A stretch of 64,000 nucleotides of DNA from Macrostomum hystrix (lineage: Eukaryota > Animalia > Platyhelminthes): contig CATNEN010000025.1 in the NCBI GenBank assembly GCA_950097015.1, forward strand, positions 2,914,001 through 2,978,000, in the 5' to 3' direction. The translations under genes were made by a program, and so were the position numbers. Each line of letters opens with the position of its first letter. The first letter of the stretch is position 1. The notes under the pieces are model-generated. The model did not search any database and was not told the origin of the DNA. It saw nothing but the letters and a program-made list of their open reading frames with translations. Positions 11,553 to 21,400 of the stretch are shown in pieces.

Positions 11553-12003
11553 TGAATATCTATTGGCTATAGCCTTATATAAAATCCAATATCATGTAAA
11601 AGGCAAGTCGAAAATGATAGGAGCTAAAAATAAACCTGCAGGATGCACTTTTGCACACTCCTCTCTCATCCTGCATGCTGCACAGTCCGCAGCTGCTTGT
11701 CGCCATGTTTTATCCTATTTTCTCTCTCACTTCCTTTCCCAATCAGGGCTCATAGCTGCAATTCCCCATCTTCAACTTTACCACCCATTTCCTACAGAAC
11801 AGTACTCTCGGATCGCTATTAGATATAATCTGTTTTACTCTTTGTGGTTCATATACAATATGTATAATTTGTTGTGTAAAAATTGTTTCGATTGCTCGCA
11901 TATGAAATTTTGATTTGGCCTTCAAGACATCGTCAAATTGAGTAACAAATTTCTTTTGCATTCTGCTTTTACTTCTTCGAGAAATACTTCACGAGAAATA
12001 CTT

Positions 12004-13378
12004 CGGGTGTGTCATAAGTAATGTCACTGACGGTAAAACAGACCAACTAACAATCGCAGATGAACGAAACTGTATCAATCAACAACATAGTGTCCCCCAA
12101 TATCAATCACCCTCTGGCAGTGCTCGTACAGCTTCTCTACCTCAGCCTGCAGGTGTTTTTCCTCCAGCTGTCGGAACCAGTGCAACGCGGCTTCTTTGAC
12201 CTCATCATGGTTTGCGAAACTTCTCTGGGAAAAGTCTGCCTTCTTTCTGCCTTCTGCCTTCTGCCTTTCTCTAAAGAGAAACCTGTCGCACAAGTTGAAG
12301 TCTGGGCTGTAGGGACTCTGCCAGAGCAGATTTACTCGCCGTCCAGCCAGAAAATCCGAAACAGCCTGACAGGTGTGGGGCCGTGCGTTGTCCATCTGCC
12401 ACAGAACTTCGTTCAGGTGAATCGGGTTTGACCGGAGCGTGTGCCAGAGGTTCCCAGTGTGTCGGACAAAGTCGATGAAGTACTGGCCATCGACCTTGGT
12501 GTTTGGCGGAGTTGTACAGATGGAGATTCGTTTGTTTGGCGTGAATGCCACCAGCAGCATGGTCTTCTTGTCTGAGATGGACCTCCTGGTCACAGTCAGC
12601 CTGGAGTCCCCAGCTCCCAGCCAGCAGCGATTGTCTGCCTTGCTGCTTTTGCCATCCAGGTGGAGCCAGGTCTCATCCTCAACAACCAGGCAGTTTAGGA
12701 TGTCATCCAAGCCCCGGCTGCTGAACACCTTGCGGATCTGATTGGCGCAGTTCACACGGGCCTGACGATGGTCCGCAGTGAGGTCATGGGGCACCCAGAC
12801 CGAGCAGACGTTTCGGAGATGGAGATCCTCTGTCAAGATGTGATGGACTGTGTTGAAATCAATCTCCAAGCAGTCCGCTAGCTCCCTGACAGACTGCCGC
12901 GGGTCTTCCTTGACCAGGTCGCTGATGACTTCGATGTTCTCTATTGTCCTGGTTAAACATGGTCGTCCAGATCTGGCGGCATCTCCCAATTCGAACCCAG
13001 GATCAGTAAAGTTCTGAAACCACCTGTAAATTGTCCTGCGAGTTGGGCAGTTGTCTGGCAGTGTGTTCCGGAGATCCTCTTCTACTTCAAGTGCAGATTT
13101 TCCAAGCTTGAAGCGAATGAAAGCGTAGAACTGGATGTGCGTCTTGTCATGATTCATGTTGAGTTTTGCTCGTTGCAAAAAGAAGATTTCATCGCGTTGC
13201 GCTTGCGAAATCTGATTAACAAATTCTTGCGACAGTTTTGGCCATAGACATTAAAATTGCTGCTCAGGTGTGGTGGCAACTTCTCAATAAATGTACTGTC
13301 AGAATATAATATATTTGGATGATTATTGCTATGGGTTCCCGCACAACAACCACAGTGACATTACTTATGACACACCCG
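12004..13378 (-). mobile_element. Full-length mariner (Tc1/mariner, DD34D) DNA transposon, 1375 bp
   Basis: Perfect 26-bp TIRs CGGGTGTGTCATAAGTAATGTCACTG at 12004-12029 and 13353-13378. TA follows the right TIR (13379-13380), while TT precedes the left one. A single transposase ORF lies inside. Confidence 0.95.
12075..13157 (-). CDS. Mariner transposase (360 aa from the first ATG)
   Basis: N-terminal HTH region with RSGRP, then WVPHDL, and the catalytic triad DETW / DNARPH / YSPDFNLCD with 34 residues between the second and third Asp. The frame is uninterrupted. The track start at 13178 is a TTG codon. Confidence 0.95.
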   Translation of the reverse strand: MNHDKTHIQFYAFIRFKLGKSALEVEEDLRNTLPDNCPTRRTIYRWFQNFTDPGFELGDAARSGRPCLTRTIENIEVISDLVKEDPRQSVRELADCLEIDFNTVHHILTEDLHLRNVCSVWVPHDLTADHRQARVNCANQIRKVFSSRGLDDILNCLVVEDETWLHLDGKSSKADNRCWLGAGDSRLTVTRRSISDKKTMLLVAFTPNKRISICTTPPNTKVDGQYFIDFVRHTGNLWHTLRSNPIHLNEVLWQMDNARPHTCQAVSDFLAGRRVNLLWQSPYSPDFNLCDRFLFRERQKAEGRKKADFSQRSFANHDEVKEAALHWFRQLEEKHLQAEVEKLYEHCQRVIDIGGHYVVD

Positions 13379-14303
13379 TAGTATTTCTCGCATTAGCTCT
13401 CTCCGATTCTTAAATCTATACTCGTTTTCTCTCTCGTACTTAAAACCTAATCCCCTATCCCCTAGTTTCGAAGAAGACTGACAAATTCAAACTAAAAAAT
13501 AACTAATATGACTTGCTAGATGTCAACAGTAGAAAGACCACGATCAGCTAACTTTCAAAGCCAAAAAATGCGGGTATTTGAAATATCTGTTAAAGCGACA
13601 ACAACAAGACGCAGCAACACTTCGCCTAAACGCGAGTCTTCTGTCCTTTGTTCAGTGCATCCCCAACCGAATCATTTATTTTTGCCTAAGACTAATTTTC
13701 CGGCGGATCAATAATCTACCTGCCGAGGATTAAGATTTCAAATCCTCCATCATCTTCATTCGCACCTGCTCCACCCCCGTATATTTTCATTCCCCTGTTC
13801 CTCGTTTCCCTGCTTGTGTGCTCATCCACCTGAGACGTGTCGCTGAAAATGATCACTTCTCGGGGCTCGCCAAATTCCTAATCGACGTCACGAGTTTTTT
13901 TCCAAGAGCTGCTTCCCTATTGGGTGGAACTGTCCCACCCTCCCCAATGTCCAGCACGGGGAATGTACACACTGTGTTACTTTCTAACTTTCATAGACCT
14001 CAAATATCAGAGACTATGGCTGTAGCAGAACAGAAATAAATACACATTACTAATACTCGTGCTGTAGGCCCCGTTGGATTGGGAAACTGGCTTGGTAAGT
14101 TAATGTATATACAAGCTGAGTTTTGAAAAGTGCACGCTGCTATAGCTCAATCTTGGTGTGCATAATTAACTATCTGTCTAGGATTTGCACATTGAAAGCA
14201 CTAAAAAGGCAACAAAAAGTTTTCGTCTTTCAATGTCTCTCTTTGAATAATTGAGTCCTACTATCTAACCTACACGTCAATGCAGGATGTACTTTTTTGT
14301 AAA

Positions 14304-14583
14304 ACTGAAGGACCTGAGGTATAATACCGCTTCCCAACTGAAGCATCTGAGGTACAATACCGCTTCCCAACTGAAGCATCTGAGGTACCATACCGCTTCC
14401 CAACTGAAGCATCTGAGGTACAATACCGCTTCCCAACTGAAGCATCTGAGGTACAATACCGCTTCCCAACTGAAGCATCTGAGGTACAATACCGCTTCCC
14501 AACTGAAGCATCTGAGGTACCATACCGCTTCCCAACTGAAGCATCTGAGGTACCATACCGCTTCCCAACTGAAGCATCTGAGG
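14304..14583. repeat. 33-bp minisatellite (CTGAGGTACAATACCGCTTCCCAACTGAAGCAT)
   Basis: About 8.5 nearly identical units ending about 110 bp before the USP ATG. This explains the 11-aa periodic ORFs. Confidence 0.96.
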
Positions 14584-14691
14584 CGTATCAAACGTAGGCT
14601 CCCATTAGTGACCACAATCAGCCGCAGCTGCTGTAGCAAAAAATGAAAAAAATGAAATGCAATTTCAGAGAATAGCAGGCCATTGTCTGAC

Positions 14692-14944
14692 ATGTCTTCG
14701 TCAACCTCGTCGATGTCATCGCTGGCTTCGTCCTCGCAGCAGCAGCAGCAGCCGGAGGAGCCGAATCTGGAGTCGGCCACTAGGCGAAGAATCCTTCTGC
14801 CAGTTGATGGATCGAAGCACAGCGACCGGGCGGTGGCCTGGTTCCTGGCCAATCTCTATCGACCAGGCGACTTTGCCGTACTGGCCTTCGTCTTGGAGCC
14901 GCCACAGAGAGCTCCGACTGAGCCGCATCTGCGCAGCCTAGACT

Positions 14945-14995
<51 letters not shown>

Positions 14996-15135
14996 GCTGC
15001 GTCAACGGAGAGGCCTTTGTGCAGGAGGGCAATAAGGCCTACAACGAGGGCTTGAAGGAGGCCGCGAGGCTGAAGGCCAAATTCTATCAGGCCTGCAGGG
15101 AGGCGGGACTGCCTGAGGCCCAGATGCACTTTCAG
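14692..15135 (+). CDS. Universal stress protein (USP-domain) gene, coding exon 1, 148 codons
   Basis: Ser/Gln-rich N-terminus, then RRILLPVDGSKHSDRAVAW (USP beta1-alpha1 motif). An in-frame TGA lies upstream at 14653. Donor CAG|GTTGGC at 15135, phase 0. Confidence 0.9.
14947..14997 (+). repeat. Coding trinucleotide repeat (GGC)15-GGT-GGC encoding Gly17
   Basis: Read directly; flanked by TGC (Cys) codons at 14944-14946 and 14998-15000. Confidence 0.95.
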
Positions 15136-15225
15136 GTTGGCGAATGTACTTTTGCGCTCATTTGAATGGCAGGAACAGCTACGGATAGCTCGTATTCAAA
15201 TCAAATATATATTTATAAATGCTAT

Positions 15226-15315
15226 ATTCCTTCCGGTTAGAGTCCAGAAATAACGCTTACTCCCGGCTCGCCAGCTCCCGGCTCGCCATTTCTGGACTCT
15301 CTAACCGGAAGGAAT
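15226..15315. mobile_element. 90-bp foldback (MITE-like) element in the USP intron
   Basis: ATTCCTTCCGGTTAGAGTCCAGAAAT (15226-15251) is inverted at 15288-15315 with one 2-nt bulge. The loop region holds the direct repeat CTCCCGGCTCGCCA twice. No clear TSD. Confidence 0.5.
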
Positions 15316-15316
15316 T

Positions 15317-16211
15317 GCATTCCTTCTAAATTTGCCATAGACATGGCATTCCTGGAACCCGATGCGTCATTCTCGGTTTGCGTTGATGCCATTCCCGGAG
15401 CCTGATGCATTGGTTCTGCCCATAGACATAGAAATTAGTGGAGAGAGCTGCCACTGTGGGTTTGAACTGTCAGAGAGAACAAGTTATAAGCCTGGGTAAG
15501 AAATTAGGGGTGTGGGGGTGAAGCCCCCTCTTTCTACCATAGAATATGTTTGACTAAGCTTTGTCTGAAATCTATCTGATATTAAGCTCGAGAGAATCTA
15601 AGACGACCTGAACTTAGACGAGCATCTGAGATCGTCTGAAATGGAGCACAGCAGCTACCCGAGCGGTCTACTGGATATTTCTCGCGGAGACGTGGTGGGT
15701 CTTTCGCTAGAAGAACTCGAGAAGAGGATAAACGCCGAGAAACATGATATCTGCCTGACATTGAGAACGAGTTGAGTACATTGTCGATTGATCAACTGGA
15801 CGTTTCAACGGTGGATGAGTACTTCGACACAATTTCGGCTGAAGACGCTACAATGGACTCGGTCATAATTAACGTGTTGAATGCCAAGGTAGACGAAATG
15901 TAATCAGTGTTTCCAATGAGTGTGCTGCTGTGCGAAAACTTACAGATTTTTTTCGCCAATCGAGGAATCAACATCGCTTGGGAGACATGTCCTATCGAGA
16001 TTCTGGCTGACCGCTAACGTTAGTTTTTTGGTTTGATTCGTTGCAAGCACTGTGAATTGTATTCTCCATTGACGTTGATGAACCGAGCTGCTTTGTTGCC
16101 ATATTTCCGACGCGTGCGTGGCATTAAGAGGTTTCACCATAGATATGACATTCCCGGATCGTGTTGGCATCCCGGAAACGCACAGAGGGGTAGCAAATTT
16201 AGAAGGAATGC
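15317..16211. mobile_element. About 0.9-kb element bounded by perfect 19-bp inverted repeats (putative non-autonomous DNA transposon) in the USP intron
   Basis: GCATTCCTTCTAAATTTGC at 15317-15335 and its reverse complement at 16193-16211. Subterminal direct repeats CCATAGAYATGRCATTCCYGGA at 15335 and 16137 match at 19/22 positions. No TSD was recognised. Confidence 0.5.
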
Positions 16212-16609
16212 GACAAATTAGCTCGTAACGATCTAAGGTCTGGTCACAGGCACATAGGTAAGCTGAGCGACAATAAAAAAACCGTGTAATTTCTTAATGC
16301 GACAATTCGCGAGCGCTAAAAATATTGTTCGTGCAATGGGATGTCCATAAAAGCAGAAGTATTATTCTCCCATTTCCTAATTAACATTGTGCCTACTCTA
16401 AAGGATTCAATTAGTGAGGCTTGCAGTTTCCTGTGCTCGGTCATTAACCGTGAGGAAATTCATTTTCTCATTCCCTTTTCCCCAACGGAGTTCATTTTGC
16501 TTTCAATCTGCTTTGCTAATATGTCAATCATAGTCAATACCAAATTACTTCTTAGCAGTGTTGTAATGAGTAAGTTCCGTTCTTTTGTATTTACGTACCA
16601 ACCACTTTT

Positions 16610-16890
16610 GCAACCCCTCAGACACACTGGCAAACCATCAGACACTCTAGCAATACATCAGACACACTGGCAAACCATCAGACACTCTAGCAATACATCA
16701 GACACACTGGCAAACCATCAGACACTCTAGCAATACATCAGACACACTGGCAAACCATTAGAAACCCTGGCAACCCATCAGACATTCTGGCAACCCATCA
16801 GAAAAACTGGCAATCCCTCTGACACACTGGCAATACCTCTGACACACTGGCAATCCCTCTGACACACTGGCAACCCCTCCGATACCCACA
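16610..16890. repeat. 20-bp minisatellite with 40-bp dimer structure at the 3' end of the USP intron
   Basis: About 14 units. GACACACTGGCAAACCATCA and GACACTCTAGCAATACATCA alternate over 16621-16760, followed by divergent monomers. Confidence 0.93.
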
Positions 16891-16904
16891 TCCCTGTCTA
16901 CCAG

Positions 16905-17114
16905 GAGCTGATCGGCAGCAAGGCGGGCGAGACGCTGGTTCGCTACGTGGAGGAATCTGGCGTGTCCTGCATTGTGATTGGCTCTCGCGGCCTGGGCAAG
17001 CTCAGGCGCACCTTTCTTGGCAGCGTCAGCGATCACCTGTTGCACAATGCCGGCTGCACCGTTATTGTCTGCCCCGGAGATAAGAGTAAAAAGGAGCCCG
17101 CAAACGGCAAGTGA
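16905..17114 (+). CDS. Universal stress protein gene, coding exon 2 (69 aa plus TGA); missed by the ORF track
   Basis: Acceptor tccctgtctaccag|GAG, phase 0. Encodes ELIGSKAGETLVRYVEESGVSCIVIGSRGLGKLRRTFLGSVSDHLLHNAGCTVIVCP..., with an intact G-2x-G-9x-GS ATP-binding motif. Confidence 0.93.
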   Translation, partial: ELIGSKAGETLVRYVEESGVSCIVIGSRGLGKLRRTFLGSVSDHLLHNAGCTVIVCPGDKSKKEPANGK

Positions 17115-17186
17115 ATTTTGTCGGCAATTCTTCTTTGATGTTTTTATAATCGATATTTACACTCGTAGGATTTTATACTCTGTACA

Positions 17187-17192
17187 AATAAA
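17187..17192 (+). promoter_or_regulatory. Probable polyadenylation signal of the USP gene
   Basis: AATAAA 72 nt after the stop codon, followed by T-rich sequence. Confidence 0.55.
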
Positions 17193-17421
17193 ACTATTAT
17201 GTCCTAATGCGTTCGCTTTGATTTTACAACCTATTCCCTGTTTGCCCTTGCGTAATTTTACATTTTAACGTAATCATGAAACCTGTAAAGTAGTCTCCAT
17301 TTCAACCACAACGCCTCATTCGATTTTGCTTGACAAATTTGGAAAGACTATTTTTTAAACTGCGGTAAAACTTTTCGGCTTTTTAAACTGGACTTTGAAC
17401 TGGCGATTGAGACTTATCTCG

Positions 17422-17735
17422 AAGCCCTAGGTGTCACACTCTAATTACCCTTGACACCTATCCTAAAGCCCAAGGTGTCACATGCTAATTAGCCTTGACA
17501 CCTATCCAAACGCCCATGGTGTCACTTTCTAATTACCCTTTACACCCATCCTAAAGCCCAAGTGTTACACTCTAATTACCCTTGACACCTATCCTAAAGC
17601 CCAAGTGTCACACTCTAATTACCCTTGACACCTATCCTAAAGTCCTAGGTGTCACACTCTAATTACCCTTGACACCTATCCTAAAGTCCTAGGTGTCACA
17701 CTCTAATTACCCTTGACACCTATCCTAAAGCCCAA
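17422..17735. repeat. 44/43-bp internally palindromic minisatellite
   Basis: About 7 units of AAGCCCTAGGTGTCACACTCTAATTACCCTTGACACCTATCCTA. The consensus unit contains TAGGTGTCA and its reverse complement TGACACCTA. Confidence 0.95.
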
Positions 17736-18468
17736 TGTCTATAACTCCCTAAGTTGTAGTTTTCGCATTCTAAAGCCACATTTCTAATTAAATTAGTTAA
17801 ACATTTTACTTTTGCCACCCGTAAGTTTAAGTAGCAATCCAACAATTTGAACTATGCCTGTAGGAGCTTTCGACATTCGAAACTGTTTATAAAATTTATC
17901 TTTTTCTTCTACTAATTATGCCTGACTTCTTTTATGGATTCTGTAATTTATTTAAAGGTCATAAGATAAAAATATTTTTACTGTGTTTTGGCAAAGAGTT
18001 TTCTGTTTCTGATTTAGAAAATAAAAATAGGAAATAAAACTATACACTATTTTCTGTGTAAAAGTAAAACTGAATTAAAACTTTTCTTAATGCTTCTAAG
18101 CCTCACCTACTGTGTGCTGTGTGCAGACAAAAGTACAATGCGATGTTGTGAGTACATCAATTAAACATCGATACTACGTTCGGTCTCATCTCGTATGGAA
18201 AGAGAGGGTTCGAAATACGAAAAAACATCCGTTGCTGCAATAAATAATTATTATATTGACGCTCACGAACTGAGTGTTTCCTGTGTTACTTTATTTCTTC
18301 ATAGACTAACCTTGACATCTTGGGATTAGGCTGGGAGTGGCATTGAATTGGGAGACGGAAATGGAACTGGAAAATTAACTGGAGCGAAAGAAATTACTCA
18401 CGTCCTGAACTAGTGAGGTAGGAGAGAAAAGAGAAATACGATTTTAATTAGACGACTCAGCAGAAGGT

Positions 18469-21400
18469 GAGACACAGGGAGACAGAGAGACAGAGAGACA
18501 GAGACACAGGGAGACAGAGAGACAGAAACACAGAGACACAGAGAGACAGAGACAGAGAGACAGAGACACAGAGAGACAGAGACACAGAGAGACAAAGAGA
18601 CAGAGACACAGAGAGACAGAGAGACAAAGAGACAGAGACACAGAGAGACAGAGAGACAGAGACAGAGAGACAGAGACACAGAGAGACAGAGACACAGAGA
18701 GACAAAGAGACAGAGACACAGAGAGACAGAGAGACAAAGAGACAGAGACACAGAGAGACAGAGAGACAGAGACAGAGAGACAGAGACACAGAGAGACAGA
18801 GACACAGAGAGACAAAGAGACAGAGACACAGAGAGACAGAGACACAGAGAGACAAAGAGACAGAGACACAGAGAGACAGAGACAGAGAGACAGAGAGACA
18901 GAGAGACAGAGAGACAGAGAGACAGAGACACAGAGAGACAGAGACACAGAGAGACAGAGACACAGAGAGACAGAGACACAGAGAGATGCAGGGACACAGA
19001 GAGACAGAGAGACAGAGACACAGAGAGACAGAGACACAGAGAGACAAAGAGACAGAGACACAGAGAGACAGAGAGACAAAGAGACAGAGACACAGAGAGA
19101 CAGAGAGACAGAGACAGAGAGACAGAGACACAGAGAGACAGAGAGACAGAAACACAGAGACACAGAGAGACAGAGACAGAGAGACAGAGACACAGAGAGA
19201 CAGAGACACAGAGAGACAAAGAGACAGAGACACAGAGAGACAGAGAGACAAAGAGACAGAGACACAGAGAGACAGAGAGACAGAGACAGAGAGACAGAGA
19301 CACAGAGAGACAGAGACACAGAGAGACAAAGAGACAGAGACACAGAGAGACAGAGAGACAAAGAGACAGAGACACAGAGAGACAGAGAGACAGAGACAGA
19401 GAGACAGAGACACAGAGAGACAGAGACACAGAGAGACAAAGAGACAGAGACACAGAGAGACAGAGACACAGAGAGACAAGAGACAGAGACACAGAGAGAC
19501 AGAGACAGAGAGACAGAGAGACAGAGAGACAGAGAGACAGAGAGACAGAGACACAGAGAGACAGAGACACAGAGAGACAGAGACACAGAGAGACAGAGAC
19601 ACAGAGAGATGCAGGGACACAGAGAGACAGAGAGACAGAGACACAGAGAGACAGAGACACAGAGAGACAAAGAGACAGAGACACAGAGAGACAGAGAGAC
19701 AAAGAGACAGAGACACAGAGAGACAGAGAGACAGAGACAGAGAGACAGAGACACAGAGAGACAGAGACACAGAGAGACAGAGACACAGAGAGACAGAGAC
19801 ACAGAGAGACAAAGAGACAGAGACACAGAGAGACAGAGACACAGAGAGACAAAGAGACAGAGACACAGAGAGACAGAGACAGAGAGACAGAGAGACAGAG
19901 AGACAGAGACACAGAGAGACAGAGACACAGAGAGACAGAGACAGAGAGACAGAGACACAGAGAGACAGAGACACAGAGAGACAAAGAGACAGAGACACAG
20001 AGAGACAGAGAGACAGAGACAGAGAGACAGAGACACAGAGAGACAGAGACACAGAGAGACAAAGAGACAGAGACACAGAGAGACAGAGAGACAAAGAGAC
20101 AGAGACACAGAGAGACAGAGAGACAGAGACAGAGAGACAGAGACACAGAGAGACAGAGACACAGAGAGACAAAGAGACAGAGACACAGAGAGACAGAGAG
20201 ACAAAGAGACAGAGACACAGAGAGACAGAGAGACAGAGACAGAGAGACAGAGACACAGAGAGACAGAGACACAGAGAGACAAAGAGACAGAGACACAGAG
20301 AGACAGAGACACAGAGAGACAAAGAGACAGAGACACAGAGAGACAGAGACAGAGAGACAGAGAGACAGAGAGACAGAGACACAGAGAGACAGAGACACAG
20401 AGAGACAGAGACAGAGAGACAGAGACACAGAGAGACAGAGACACAGAGAGACAAAGAGACAGAGACACAGAGAGACAGAGAGACAGAGACAGAGAGACAG
20501 AGACAAAGAGAGACAGAGACACAGAGAGACAAAGAGACAGAGACACAGAGAGACAGAGAGACAAAGAGACAGAGACACAGAGAGACAGAGAGACAGAGAC
20601 AGAGAGACAGAGACACAGAGAGACAGAGACACAGAGAGACAAAGAGACAGAGACACAGAGAGACAGAGAGACAAAGAGACAGAGACACAGAGAGACAGAG
20701 AGACAGAGACAGAGAGACAGAGACACAGAGAGACAGAGACACAGAGAGACAAAGAGACAGAGACACAGAGAGACAGAGACACAGAGAGACAAAGAGACAG
20801 AGACACAGAGAGACAGAGACAGAGAGACAGAGAGACAGAGAGACAGAGAGACAGAGAGACAGAGACACAGAGAGACAGAGACACAGAGAGACAGAGACAC
20901 AGAGAGACAGAGACACAGAGAGATGCAGGGACACAGAGAGACAGAGAGACAGAGACACAGAGAGACAGAGACACAGAGAGACAAAGAGACAGAGACACAG
21001 AGAGACAGAGAGACAAAGAGACAGAGACACAGAGAGACAGAGAGACAGAGACAGAGAGACAGAGACACAGAGAGACAGAGACACAGAGAGACAGAGACAC
21101 AGAGAGACAGAGACACAGAGAGACAGAGACACAGAGACACAGAGAGACAGAGACACAGAGAGACAGAGACAGAGAGACAGAGACACAGAGAGACAGAGAC
21201 AGAGAGACAGAGACACAGAGAGACAGAGACACAGAGAGACAAAGAGACAGAAACACAGAGACACAGAGAGACAGAGACAGAGAGACAGAGACACAGAGAG
21301 ACAGAGACACAGAGAGACAAAGAGACAGAGACACAGAGAGACAGAGAGACAAAGAGACAGAGACACAGAGAGACAGAGAGACAGAGACAGAGAGACAGAG

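Noticed and set aside
706-14646. Periodic ORFs at 706-1234, 10445-11383 and 14230-14646
   Set aside because: Their peptide periods (6, 13 and 11 aa) equal the DNA repeat units (18, 39 and 33 bp). No splice or domain support.
3120-17045. Short ORFs antisense or out of frame to the SNX, transposase and USP exons (for example 3120-3461, 5148-5342, 5556-5825, 12060-12431, 14277-14852, 16758-17045)
   Set aside because: Expected shadows of GC-rich coding sequence, with no independent motifs.
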